The notes under the pieces were generated by a model. That model was not told the origin of the DNA and searched no databases. It was given only the letters and a program-made list of their open reading frames with translations. A stretch of 63,605 bases of DNA, filler included, from Cercozoa sp. M6MM (taxonomy: Eukaryota; Protista; Endomyxa: Ascetosporea): NCBI GenBank assembly GCA_040357565.1. It is 13 parts of 13 records of this genome, joined end to end, with 100 filler letters (N's around TTAATTAATTAA, not from the genome) between each part and the next. Parts side by side here need not be neighbours in the genome. Positions count along the whole stretch, not along the records: positions 3,889 to 18,782 come from JBDODJ010000318.1; positions 18,883 to 20,706 come from JBDODJ010001907.1; positions 20,807 to 22,854 come from JBDODJ010001856.1; positions 22,955 to 36,387 come from JBDODJ010000357.1; 9 more parts are not named here. The stretch is one strand, 5' to 3'. Numbering within the stretch: position 1 is the stretch's first letter; the number at the start of each line of letters is the position of its first letter. Shown here one piece after another: positions 12,068 through 24,659 of the stretch. A program made the translations under genes and the position numbers.

Positions 12068-13564
12068 TCAGTGGGGTAGCGACAAGAACTGCACGACGAT
12101 TTCGGCAATCAGAGCGGCGACCTGCTGGTCGTGAGCGCGTCGAAGCGCCTCCATCGCAGCCAGAGACGGGCGTGAAGCTGGCTTCTCTTCGATGCAGTTC
12201 AAGGAGCTCGACGAGTCAAGGGCACAGGTGCTCGTCCCAGTACTCTTCTCGAGGTGGGAGTTGCGACGCCAGAAACTTAGCCGACTGCGAAAGCGACGTT
12301 TTTTGCGCCTCGCGGCACGGTAGCTGCTCCGCGGAATCACGACGGTATCTTCGGAGTCACCGACACGCGATTTGTCCACGCGTTGACAGCAACGTTTCAC
12401 AAAGCACTCGTGCTCGAGAGTCACTGCAAACATCGTTCGGACACTTTCCAGGAGTTCTCTTTTATTGGCTCAAACTCCAAGAGTACATGGTACCGAAGAG
12501 AAGACGAAAATACTCGCGTCTTTCGGCATCGGCCAAAAGAGCAGCCGTGTTCACGTCGCCGATGTGTTTCGCGAGGCACAGCGGCGTTCGGTTTTGTTTG
12601 TCGCGTTCGAACAAAAGACTGCGCGGAATCTGCTTTCGTGTGCCCTCGCCAGGCAGAAAGTCACTGCGTTCACATCCCAAAGGTACGAACTCTATTCATA
12701 CTGCAATACGGAGAAGAGGTACCTTGTGAGCATATGAGTGAGAGGCAAACAACGCCGCACAACGCTCCAGTGGAGAACATTCCAGCCGAGTTCGTGTCCT
12801 TTGAAGGTGAGAGAACTCTGCGAACTCCGCAAGAGCACCAACTGCGCTAAATCGCTTTGACGCAGTGCCGCACTATAGTGTAATCACATTCAAGAACGAT
12901 GCGTGAGCACACCGACGTGAAATACAGTACCAAATGATGAGGGGCGTCAAGCAACCTGACCGAGTGGGAACTGTGATTTTGTCGGGCACTTGCGAACCCG
13001 CCTCAATCAAAAGGCGAATGATCTCCATCAGGCGTCTGCGAGATCACGTCTTACTGCTTGATAGGATAGACGTGAAACAGAAAAGCTAGTCACCTGCCAT
13101 CGCGTCTCTTCAAGACACTGTGCACAGTGAGCCGCTCGAACGCGTAAGAAAGCAGACCCAACTCGCGTTCGCCTTCGTTGCCTTCGTCGATGCAGATTCG
13201 AACATTGACATCCGCCCCGTGCTGCTTCAGCATCAGCAAACCTGTGCACACCACAGCACTCATATTATAATGAGAGCAAACTTTGATGAAAGAAGCAAGT
13301 CACAGTCGACGTTCTCTGCCGTAACAGCTGCTTCGAGCGGTGACCACACGAAAGCCGTTGGCGTGCGACGAAGCTTTTCAAGCACACTGCGACGGTGTGG
13401 AATGCCATTCACTGGCGCTCCCATCTCTAGCTGCCGTTACAAACAAGGGTTTTTTGGTATGACAGCGACAAAAATGGCCTGAAGCGCTATACCAAGACAG
13501 CGACTGACTGATGATTGCCAGTCTTTACGGCATCGTACAGACGGCGCGTTAGGTCATCTTCCAT
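12068..13564 (-). CDS. Ankyrin-repeat protein
   Basis: SPLEAAVTAENVD..LLMLKQHGADVN and KQNRTPLCLAKH are ankyrin-like. C-terminus ..AALIAEIVVQFLSLPH*. Boundaries approximate. Confidence 0.55.
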
Positions 13565-13989
13565 GCTACCCGGCCATCTAGTGTACTACAACTCGCGTCC
13601 GCTCTCTTGACATTGGTTTATTCTTAACAACAACCTCGACGACAGACAGAGCAGTTCAAAACGAACAAGGCTGAGCTTTGAGCGGACTGTCAGTTTTAAA
13701 TTTAAGAAAAAATGAAGCTCCTACGCGGGTTATCGCTACAGCCGAATAGACCCCTGTGAATGTCTAAGGCATGTGCGTGACTAAACACTTTGCAATTCGC
13801 ATTCGAGGGCAGAGTTTTGCTTCTAAACATTCAGTAATGATCCGGAGGTGACAGAGTGGGTCTCGACTGAAATCCGAAGCCACAACAGTTGGCACGAAGA
13901 TTCTAAAAGATCCCCACTGTATTCGTCGCAGTTGGGATTTTAGAGGTTTATACAAGGCGCACAAACTGCACTTTGATGAACTGCGCCAG

Positions 13990-15200
13990 CAACGCGCAGT
14001 TTTTGGTACTCAGTTTTCATGGCCGTGACCAACCTGAACACAGATCAGCAACAGTTTCAGTACTTTCTTTCTTCCTTCAGGTGCCACCGTCATGGCGGTA
14101 CGAAAGCAAACGCAGGAAAACGCCATGTCAAGTGGAAGAGGACGAAAAGCGCCTTCTTAAATACGAGAAACGTCGAAGCAGACGTAGGTCCCGTTTTTTG
14201 CATGGAGCCGCAGGTGCTCGCTCGGCGAGTGAAGCGAACGAAATCGCGGCTTTTGCGCCTGCACGTAGCGAGAGATCGAGTGCTGCCGGCCTCAGCTTTT
14301 GGTGGCTCTGGCCGCTGCTTTTGCTTTTGCTTTTGCTGCTGCTGTGCTGTCTGCTTTTCGGGTGAGTTCAGTCCCAACTCACCTCCAACAAAGTTGCTTC
14401 CGTCTGTCATTTGGTGCGACTGTGTGGGCAAGCAGATGCTTGAGACGAAGGGACAAAACTGGCAAGCAAAAGTCATTTTTTCAGACGATTCGTGAAGTGA
14501 TTGTAACAACGACAACAGCAACAACGACGACGACGAAAGCTGCCGCTGCGGCAAGAGAAAAGGAAAGAGTCATTGGGCACAGGAAAGACTTTGTCACCGG
14601 CAAAGCAATTCGAAAGCGAAAGGTGCGAGAAACCGCGGCCGAAGGAACGACAGTGCCAACGCCAGAAGAGGTCGAACGGTTAAAACGAAGACGAACCTCG
14701 GTGCACCAAGAGTCGAAAGCACTCGGGTACCACCTCACGCGGAGCGAAGTGAGCGAACTGGCAGAGCGTGAGTTGTTCTCACATTTTAGTTTATTCAATC
14801 ACACTGTTTATTTACGTTCTTAGTCCTTCTGTCATTGTGCAGAGCTGTCCAACAAGGAGTACGACGACCCGAGGAGGCGACGCAGAGCCATCCGTCGTTT
14901 CATGGACGAAAGGAGACGCCGAGAGGGCCGACTCGTCGAAGAAGACATGTACGAAGCCGAAGCAGAGAGCTGGGTCAGTTCTCTGTGGCGATTCATCTGC
15001 TGCTGCCGACCGCGTTCGCGTGAAGGAGTCTACCGAAGAAGAGAAGTCTCCACTAGCAGCGACGAGGCCACAGAGGGCCCTCTGTCACGCGACAGTTTCG
15101 CCGGCGATATTGTGGTGGTCGAGTTTGAAGAGCACGGCGTTTTACCTGGCGCTGCGCGGGTGCTGCCTGTCGCTCACTGGTGACTGCAGGTGACGCCGCG
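13990..15200 (+). CDS. Single-pass membrane protein with a charged tail, unknown family
   Basis: TM-like FWWLWPLLLLLLLLLLCCLLF, then spliced Arg/Glu-rich exons and a Cys cluster (WRFICCC). Boundaries uncertain. Confidence 0.4.
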
Positions 15201-15511
15201 GTTTTCATAACTGAAGTTCAATTGCCGGTTCTTACCGTGATGAATACTATCCGTGATAGTACTGCTATCGTCATGTACCCGCAGCATGCCATAATACCGA
15301 CTTTTAATTCCAGCTCAGTTCAACGCTCGATTTCATTCCGTGCGGTGGGCAGCCGAGTGCGGTGCGTTGCAACCAAAGCCCGCTCGCCAACGTAAGATGC
15401 GTTGGAAAGCGAAAGCAATGACACGGACAATAAACTACCGTACTAGCTACTGGCTTATATACGATACCGTACAGCGCCGTGCGTACAGTCGAGTGGCGTA
15501 GAATTGTGGAA

Positions 15512-15579
15512 TTAGAAATCAAGCAGATCGCCCGACCTGCAGAAGGCATGCTAGCAAGATCAAACACACACACACACAC

Positions 15580-15654
<75 letters not shown>

Positions 15655-17262
15655 GTTCTTCCTCAGGCTCGATGTCCATGACGCTCTCGTCTCGCATCTC
15701 GTGCATTGGTACAACGACGGTGTCCTCGTCGGTGTGGTGATGAGGAGCCTCAACAACGGTGTCATCGGTGATTACGGTGTCATCGTTGATCGCAACGTCG
15801 GTTGTTTCCTCAGTGGTTTCGTCGTTGATGGCTTCGGTTTCGTCGATGGTTTGGTCGGCAGCGTCGCTCGTTTCCATCGCCGCGTCCTATAGACACAGTA
15901 TTAGACACAGTATGCAAACAGGGGAGGAGGTCATGGATCGCAGGTCTCAACGCACTCTCTTGTCGTCATCGGAGTAGAGCACTTCAAACAACTGACGCAG
16001 TAGCTGTGTTCTGCAATACAAGAGTCTACACAGAGCACGAAGCAGATCAGTGAATTCCAACTGACTTGTCACACGTCGCATTGGTGTCGGCAGCTTTCGC
16101 CAACTGGAGTTGCCAAGCGAAAGCAATACATCAGACAACACAACAGTGAACAGAAAAAAACAGCACCTGTTCGACGGCAACGAGCGTGTTGTAGAAGTCG
16201 TTTCGCTCGCGCTCGATCTCCTGCGCCGTGCGGAAGAGCGCGTCATACTGCGCCTTGTGTCGCGTCACTTCCTCGCGCGCCGTCTTCAGTTCACTGTGCA
16301 TAAACGAGTTGCAATACTCGGATACAAGCAGAGTGAAAGCTACCTTTCCAAAGAGGTCACTCGCTGCTGCAAGGCAGGGTCCTGCTTGCTGGCAACGACG
16401 CGAGTAACACGTGGCTTCACCGGCGTGCGCGGACGCGCCGACGTGGCCACTCGCGGGGCGGCACCGCCACTCGCCGTAGTCCGCATCGATGGCGCTTGCG
16501 CGACCGGGTTCGACGCACTCATTCTGCTCGTGTTAACCACACGCGTCGCGCGAGGTTTCGTTGCCGCCGCTGCCGCTGTTGTTCCTGCATACACACTTGT
16601 TGTACCAGGGGAACATGCAGACACGTGCACTATGGGACAAGTGTACGCCGAGGACGCTGCCGACCAGAGCCGCCAGTGAACGTGGATCCGCCTTTGCAGA
16701 CCGAGCGTCGCTTCACTGCGTCGTAGTCGTCTGTGGTGCACAACTCCTGTTAAAACATATGAGTGTACTTCTTGTCTCCTTCCTCGAACTGAACATCCAA
16801 TGTACCTGGAACAGCGAGTAGAGCCACTGCGCGAACTCGAGATTGTCCATCGGACGACCTTTCACGAGTCGGCCGGGATCGATCTTTCGCTTCACGCCGT
16901 TTTGATCGCACACCGTCGTAAAGATCTGCTCGTGCGTGCAACTAAATAATGCTCCAGTTTCATGCAACAGGTGAGCCACTACCTTCCAGTTGTTCAACTT
17001 TGCGTACTCCTGTCGAGCGCTGAAGTCAACCTTTCGCATTGGCACTTTGCCTGGGAAGATGGCATCCAGCACCTGACACGGAATTGCACCGGTGTGGACC
17101 TCTACAGAAACGAAATGCAATCAAAAGCAGACACAGTGAACGAGAATACATGGACACACCTTCAACTTTCTCGATTTGAAGCGAGAAAACGGTATTGAAG
17201 AATTGCAAGAGTTCATTTTTGCCCACGAAATATGCACTGTTCATTACACCAATCGAGCTCAT
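15512..17262 (-). CDS. EB1: Microtubule end-binding protein EB1 (CH domain, coiled coil, acidic tail)
   Basis: MSSIGVMNSAYFVGKNELLQF..KVEE..GAIPCQVLDAIFPGKVPMRKVDF..EYAKLNNWK..LVKGRPMDNLEFAQW..YDAVKRR; LERERNDFYNTL; acidic C-terminus ending GDLLDF-TAA. Confidence 0.95.
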
Positions 17263-17471
17263 TTCTACTATTGTCTGCACAACAATGCACAGATTCCCGC
17301 TTCCCGCTCCCGGAAAATCAAAAGAGATGATCACCCAAAATCAAGTTGTCACCCCCTGGTCCAATGAGCTCAAAACTTGGCTCAGAGAGAATCGTGCGTG
17401 CTCTACGCAAGCCCTAACTGTACTCCGTCACGGCTGTGTACGTCAATACGACTACCACCGGGTTTACAGTC

Positions 17472-18748
17472 ATGATCGCTGCTCAAATTGCTCGCAAGGC
17501 GGTAAGCTTAGAGGTGTATGGGCGCGGAGAACGCGTCACGCGTGCTGCCACGCGCGGTCGTGCTGCACTATCGCTCTGGTTTGTCAAGTGGTGTTGACCA
17601 GAGCGACCAGACTTTGTGTTTCACAACGTTCTTGTGCGATGATGATGGGATCGAGTGCTGTGGGATCTCTATGAGTCGAGCGACCTGACTTGTGTTGTGG
17701 CAGGTGCGTTCGGGCGCGCGCGCTCTGAACCTGCATGAGTGCACGTCGGCGGCGCTCATGAACAAGTACGGCGTTCCGACGGCGCGCGGTGTTGTGGCCG
17801 AGACGGTCGACGAGGTCGAGCAGGCCACGCGACAGCTGCGCGACGAGGCGGGCGCTGAGGTGAGCTTTCGAGGGGGCCTTTCGCTCTTTTTCTTTCGAAT
17901 AGTTGTGTTTGTGTCGGCTCAGGACGTGGTGGTGAAGTCGCAGATCCTGGCTGGTGGCCGTGGTAAGGGCACCTTCACCACGGGCTTCCAGGGCGGCGTG
18001 CACATCGCGCACTCGCCCGAGGAGGCGCGTATGCTGGGCGAGAAGATGCTTAACAAGGTCTTGGTGACGAAGCAGACCGGTCCCGAGGGCAAGACGGTGT
18101 CCAAGCTGTACGTTGCGCTTCCTGGCCACTGTCTATTTTTGTTGAGGGCGTGTGATTCATAGCTTCATCACGGAGCGTCTCTACGTGCGTCGTGAGTCCT
18201 ACTTTGCGATCCTGCTGGACCGTGCCTCGGGCGGTCCCGTCATGATCGGCAGCGCCGCTGGTAGCTTTGCTTGTTGCGATGCTTTGAGTTGAGTTGAGTT
18301 GAGTTGCGATGAGTTGAGTTGCTATGAGTTGAGAGTTGAGTTGGGTTGCGATGAGTTGAGTTGCTTTGAGTTGAGTTGAGTTGAGTTGCGATGCTTTGTT
18401 TGCAGGCGGTATGGACATCGAGGCCGTCGCCGAGCAGTTCCCGGACAAGATCCGCAAGGTGCGTTTCTCAACTACACAAGTGTTAGCATACACAAGTGTT
18501 AGGCAGCGGGTATGTCTGTGTGTGGTATGCTTTGACAGGAGTTCATCGACATCGACAACGGCCCGACGCAGGAGCAGGTGGAGGCACTGGCCAAGACCAT
18601 GGGCTTTGTCGGCAAGGGTCAGCTGGAGCAGTGCTCGGACCTCATCAAGAACCTGTACAAGTTGTTCCGCGAGTGCGACGCCACGCAGATCGAGATCAAC
18701 CCGCTCGGCGAGACTTCCGACAAGCGCGTGCTCGCTCTGGATGCCAAG
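17472..18748 (+). CDS. LSC2: Succinyl-CoA ligase beta subunit, mitochondrial, 3' partial
   Basis: RALNLHE..VVKSQILAGGRGKGTF..GFQGGVH..LVTKQTGPEGK..RRESYFAILLDRASGGPVMIGS..GGMDIEAVA..DATQIEINPL..DAK. ADP versus GDP specificity cannot be determined. Confidence 0.96.
18284..18390. repeat. (GAGTT)n pentanucleotide satellite filling a succinyl-CoA ligase intron
   Basis: Visible degenerate GAGTT tandem array between the donor near 18261 and the acceptor near 18405. Confidence 0.92.
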
Positions 18749-18984
18749 GTAGTCCTTACCCCCATCCAATCCCCATACCTTTNNNNNNNNNNNNNNNNNN
18801 NNNNNNNNNNNNNNNNNNNNNNNNNNTTAATTAATTAANNNNNNNNNNNNNNNNNNNNNNNNNNNNNNNNNNNNNNNNNNNNTCTGCCGACACACACACA
18901 CACACACAAAAGGGATAATACAGGGAGGAGTGGGGGGGGGGGGGGAAAAGAAGGGGCTAGGGGGTGAGGGGTAAAGGAGGGGTA

Positions 18985-20176
18985 CGGAGCGGCATCGGCA
19001 AAGCCCATGTTGAGCTTGACGTCGTTGACGGCTTCGTCCGTCAGCAGACGCACGCGCTGCCAGAAGCCGCCGAGTTGCGAGTCGCGACCTGCGTGTACAA
19101 GTTATACCCCCCTGTTTACCCCCCATTCACCCCCCTGTTTAGCTCCCCCTACCGAGAGCGCCGTCGAGTTGTTCGGCAACGTCCTGCTGGAGCTGCTCGA
19201 GCCCCTCGATGTCACGCGCGCGTTGCATGCCTTCGATCACGCCGTCGGCACTGTCCGTGGTGCCGCTAAAGTCTACGAATCTGCCGACACACACACACAC
19301 ACACAAAAGGGATAATACAGGGAGGATAGGGGGGGGGGGGGTAACAGGTCTACCGATCAAAGGCTGCACGCAACTCGGCATCGCGTGACAGAGCCTCGGC
19401 CGCTGCGTTCTCGTCAGATGGCACTGCACACAAGGGGGTAAAGGGGGTAAAGGGGGCAAAGGGGTAAAGAGGCAGGGTAGGGTCAAAGGGTGCAAAAGGA
19501 GACACACCCAACGCAGCCAGATAGCCTTGGATGGCGATACGATCAACAGCACGGTCACGATGATCCTTGATTCTGTAGAGCATTAGTCATACGGGGAAAG
19601 GGGGAGGGGGTGACATGCGGGATGACTACCGAGTCAGGACGCGGCGCACAACCTGTCTGGCAGCAAAGGAGTGCTCAGCGCCGAGCCAGTCGACGTCGCC
19701 GGCGGCACCGGCGGCCACCATGGCCTGTCGCTCGGTCCACTCGCGCTCTTCACGCCGCGCGCGCATCTCCTGGTCGCGCTCCTGCCGTCGCTTGCGAATG
19801 TTCTGTCACAACACACACACAGTCATACGTACACACACATACACACAGGTGTGTGTGTGTGTCTGTTAGGCACCTCGAGTTCGCGCGCACGCGCTTCGTC
19901 AAAGGCGCGCTTGTTGATGCGACGCTGCTGGCGGAAGGTCTGTCCATCAGGCACACATGTGAGACTGCTCAGCACGCACCTCTCTCGATCTATTCAGTGG
20001 GTACGGCGACGTCGACGCCTTCGGCCTGCAGTTTGGCGTCCCAGACGAAGCCTGGACAGCAGAGGAACACGACTCGACTCGCAAACACAACAGAAAAAAC
20101 AAAGTCATCGAAAATGAAACACACCCTCTTCATCGTCGAGGATTGAGCTACTAATCTGGCCCGCTGATTCACTCAT
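18985..20176 (-). CDS. CACTIN: Cactin (spliceosome C* factor), 3' partial
   Basis: Spliced translation GFVWDAKLQAEG..ELENIRKRRQERDQE..W..EHSFAARQ..RIKDHRDRAVDRIA..LEQLQQDV..FWQRVRLLTDE follows the cactin mid-domain pattern (FxW..EL.KVK..R.ERE..W..EDxFHLxQ..IRIRDGRAKPID..FW). Confidence 0.82.
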
Positions 20177-20350
20177 CTTGCTGTGTGTCCACGGTCACGT
20201 CACACCCCACCGTGTCTCACGCCTCAAACACAACAGAACAGACACGACTACCGATGATTTTGTAGCCAGTAAAAAAACATAAGAACGGCGCTCGCGCTGT
20301 CGCACTCACGCGTGTGCGCAAGCAAGTGCCAGTTGCGCAGTTGCACCATA

Positions 20351-20627
20351 ATGGCAAATGCAGGCGACTATGAGCAGATGTAGGTTGTCCCAGCACAGGC
20401 AGAGTTGTCCGACCACCCTTGATCAATCTCGATCAAACGCACTTTTGCTGAGGCCTGATGTGTGCTGCGGCCTGTGCAGGAGTGCCGGCGAGGAGGACGA
20501 CGACGTGCTGACCTGGGCGCCCGAGGAGCACGGTAGCGAAGCCGGACTGAACGACTCGCGACTGGTGACACTGGATGCGCAGGAGCACCTGGTCGTCAAG
20601 ACCTACTCGGGCACCTCCGACCTCCAG
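20351..20627 (+). CDS. 5' exons of a hypothetical protein (MANAGDYEQMSAGEEDDD...), truncated
   Basis: Two in-frame exons with a GT-AG intron; head-to-head with cactin. Confidence 0.5.
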
Positions 20628-20806
20628 GTACTCTTACCCCCCCCCCTCTTACCGCTCTTACCCCTGCCTACCCCCGCTTACCCCTCTTGCCCCCTTCTTA
20701 TCACCANNNNNNNNNNNNNNNNNNNNNNNNNNNNNNNNNNNNNNNNNNNNTTAATTAATTAANNNNNNNNNNNNNNNNNNNNNNNNNNNNNNNNNNNNNN
20801 NNNNNN

Positions 20807-20851
<45 letters not shown>

Positions 20852-20871
20852 ATGTGTTATGTGTGTGGCAG

Positions 20872-21772
20872 CTTCAACCTGTACGCACTGTCGATACTGC
20901 ACATCTTTAACTTCAAGAAGGTCGTGCCCATGCGAGGTCTGGGTATCCAGCCTGTATATAGGGGTGTCTGTGTGTGTGTGTGCACGAGGATGTTTGTACT
21001 CAGAGATCCTCTCGCTGTGCTTCTTCTGGGTGTGGAACCTCTCACTAATGACGCTCGTGCCGGGGGGCGTGTGGACCAAGATCAGCTTTCTGCTGCTCTC
21101 GCATGCCGCGTGTGGTATCCCCAGTTCCTTCCATCCCTCTCCCTTGTTATTCTGGGTATGGACCCCCTGGAACCCCGATGTACGTGCAGGAATTATTCAC
21201 ATGCAAATCACGCTGTCGCACTTTGCCATGCCGAGTCACAGCGGCGCCACGGTGTTCACGCAGCCCGACGAAAAGGGCCGCGTCGACCCGGCGTGGTACA
21301 GTCATCTCTGTTGACTTTGTGTATCTGACATGCGTCTATCTCTTTGCTTGTCGTTAGGTTCATCAAGATGCAGCTGCACACGTCGCTGGACGTCGACTGC
21401 TACCGCTGGCTCGACTGGTTCCACGGTGGCCTGCAGTTCCAGGTGGCGCATCACATCTTCCCGCGCATTCCGCGACACCAGCTGCGTCACCTGGTAGGCC
21501 TCCTGTCTGTGTGTCTGTGTGTCTGTGTGTCTGTGTGTCTGTGTGGGTGTGTGTGTGTGTCTGTGTTCTGGGTCTGTGTACTGCTGGAATTTAATCTCCC
21601 GTGGTGTGACAGCGCGAGAAGCACCTGCTGCCGCTCTGCGAGAAGCACGGACTCACCTATCACGTAGGCCGATTTCTCTGACTTGATTTGTTGTTGTCTG
21701 TTGTTTCTCTGACTTAACTCGTCTGTGTGTGTGTGTCTGTGTGTCTGTGTGTCTGTGTGTCTGTGTGTCTGT

Positions 21773-21811
<39 letters not shown>

Positions 21812-22052
21812 TGTGTGTGTGTGTATGTGTGTGTGTGCGTCATTGTCACAGTCGCTGAGTTTCTTGGACTGCCTGATCTACACGCTCAAGCACCTGCGCG
21901 AGCAGGTACGCCTGCTTGCTCTCTGTCTCTGTCTCCAGATATCTCAGTTTGTTTATCTCTGATGGCGCGTGTAGGCGGTCAAGGCCCGCGACCTGCCGGC
22001 CTCGAAATTGTACAAGAGCATGCTGTTCCAGATGCTCGGACTCGACGGCTGA
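20872..22052 (+). CDS. SLD1: Front-end (delta-8 sphingolipid-like) fatty acid desaturase, 5' partial
   Basis: [55 protein letters not shown] (third His box of QxxHH type). TGA at 22050. Confidence 0.9.
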
Positions 22053-22746
22053 ACATGACACGTGATGGAACGGAAGAGAACTGAAGTTCGAGTTAATTCA
22101 TTCATTATTCCGAGTCGACGTTAACGCTACTTCACGGCGCAGTGGCGTTCGGTTCGGTGGCGTGGATGTATTAATAGACATTTCATTCAGTTGTACTTAT
22201 CGCATGCTTATCGTATTCGCAGGCATGACTCTTCCGTTCTCTTCTACTACTTGCGTTGAAGTTCGATTTTCGTTTGAGTGATCAACGTCCTGGTCGGCCG
22301 TCGGTCGCGTCGAACGGAGCTGGGAATTCAGGCACTTTCCCAGATTTTCGAGGATGGCTCATGGCCAACCCCCTCCGGATCCTGACCCCCGGCAGCAAAT
22401 CCTTGTACGCCAACATCTATGTAAACTTAGAATGGAGAAAGCCTCTCAGTCCCTCCCTCTACTATAGCCGAGTACAATAGTTCTGATAATCCTACCTACA
22501 GGACTGTAAATCGCTTTATACACGACAAACTCATAATAGGATTCCCTGGGACGGATCGGACCCTTGAGATCTAACACATGTACGAGTCGGCTACAGGAAC
22601 CAATCACTGCCGCGTTGCTCCGACAACACCTAGTAAGTTTAAGTTGAGTCGAAGAACACGCCGTGGAGAACCAGATGTTTTGAGGCCTCAGTCTCGGTAA
22701 AGCTGGCGACATCAGCTCTCGTCCACTCCGTCCCTCCGACTACACA

Positions 22747-22854
<108 letters not shown>

Positions 22855-23001
22855 NNNNNNNNNNNNNNNNNNNNNNNNNNNNNNNNNNNNNNNNNNNNTT
22901 AATTAATTAANNNNNNNNNNNNNNNNNNNNNNNNNNNNNNNNNNNNNNNNNNNNGGGGGGGGGGTTAAATGGGGAGGGGTAAAAAGGAGGGTAACGCGCA
23001 G

Positions 23002-24423
23002 TCGGAGCACCAACGCATGCTGGCACTGGCCTCGGCGAGCACCGCTTTCGCCGTGTTGGCGCCCTTTGACTACCAGGTACCCAGAAAAAGAGGAGGTGAA
23101 AGGGGTAAACACGCTCTCCTGTGATCAGATGCTGCCAGCGGTCGTGACGGCTGCGGCTGTTTCTTTGCTTCCGCTGCCGTGTCCCTTTTGGATTCCTCTC
23201 GGTAAGGGGACACTGGGGGGAGGGTAGACAAGAAGAGTTGCATGTGTGCGCAGGCATGGCAGGCGCTGCCGCCGTAACTTCGACCGCTGCGCCGTTTAAT
23301 GCGGCCATTCTGGCCTATGGCGCTGTACCTAGTTTACTCGCCCCTTCTTACCCATCTTCTTACCCCCCTTACCCCTTCTTATCCCCTTCTTACCCCTTTA
23401 CCCTTGCTTTCTTTTGTCAGGCGCGGTCGTATTTTTACCGACCAGTTGGTAGACACCTAGCAATTTAACCCTCCCTCTCTCCTCACTGTGTGAGTGCAGA
23501 TATCAATGGCAAGACCATCGCCGTTGGCAATCCTGTAGGAACTTTTTACTCCTTTCCCCTTGTCTTCTACCCCCCCCCCCCCCGAGGGTGTCCCTGTAGT
23601 CCATGGCAGCCACGATGCATATGCGAGCCAGCAAAATGGAGCGTCAGCGACGTTTGTACACACAGCGACAACACGTAGCTCTACTCTCCCCCTTCGCTCT
23701 TACCCTTGACCCCCTTTACCCCTACCCCGGTAGATGAAGCACGTTCGCGAGATGTACAATCGGTCCAAGGGTCGAAGAGAACCTCGGCACCAGACTCGCA
23801 GCACCTACAATGAGCATGGTACGGAGGAGGGGGAAGGGAGATAATGAGGGGGGGTATATGGGTATTACTGTGCAGACCCAAGGACGAGGACAGGCAGCGG
23901 TGACAGCAGCGAGCGTGACCGGTGGTACCGCCACGCCATGTCACAGCAAGTGCGCGATCGGCGCCTGTACGATGCCTTGCATGTACACTTGTCCTTATCC
24001 GGGCCATGTCTCTAACCCCCCGCCCTCCCACTCTACCTTCTTGCGCATTTACACCCTCCCCCAGGTCTCGCCCAGCGCATCGCAGAAGGAGATCGCGGCT
24101 TCCTACCGATCGGTACTTTCGTGTGCCAGTGTGTGTGTGTGTGTATACTGCATGATATGTCACATGCACGCATGTGATGTTGCAGCTGGTCAAGAAGCAC
24201 CACCCGGACATGCTGCGCAACGCTAGCAAGGCGCAGGAGGAGTACTCCAAGGAAGTCTACCACCGCGTGACGCAGGCCTTCCACGTGCTTGGCAACAAGA
24301 AACGTACCTTCACTATATATAACTATTATCATATTCGAGTCGCCATCGTTGACACTTCACTTGTCGCCTAACCGTTGCATAGGAAGACAAGAGTACGACA
24401 GGACCGGTCGCGTTAAGACGTGA
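23002..24423 (+). CDS. DnaJ (class C) protein with N-terminal hydrophobic segments and a C-terminal J domain, 5' partial
   Basis: LYDALH-VSPSASQKEIAASYRS-LVKKHHPDM..YHRVTQAFHVLGN..RQEYDRTG; HPD motif intact; TGA at 24421. Confidence 0.88.
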
Positions 24424-24659
24424 ACTAGAGCCGGCGTCTGTTTTTCCCTGACCTCAATCGGATACAGTACTAAAGCTAGCTGTACTACAGCCTTTAGTAA
24501 TCTCGGCTTTAACATCAAACAGCAAACAACATGGCATACTGTTTTGCATTCAGTGACCAATTCGCCAACTACTCAAGTCTCGTACTTGATTACGATAGCT
24601 GTGGCATGAACCCGCGCGGACGTCGCACTCCAAGGCAGAGAGAAGACGAAATTAAATGC

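Noticed and set aside
18883-18935. Near-identical intron 3' ends in cactin (18883-18930 vs 19280-19326), suggesting an introner family
   Set aside because: The copy sits at a contig end and joins through a poly-G run. It is most likely an assembly jump at the homopolymer.
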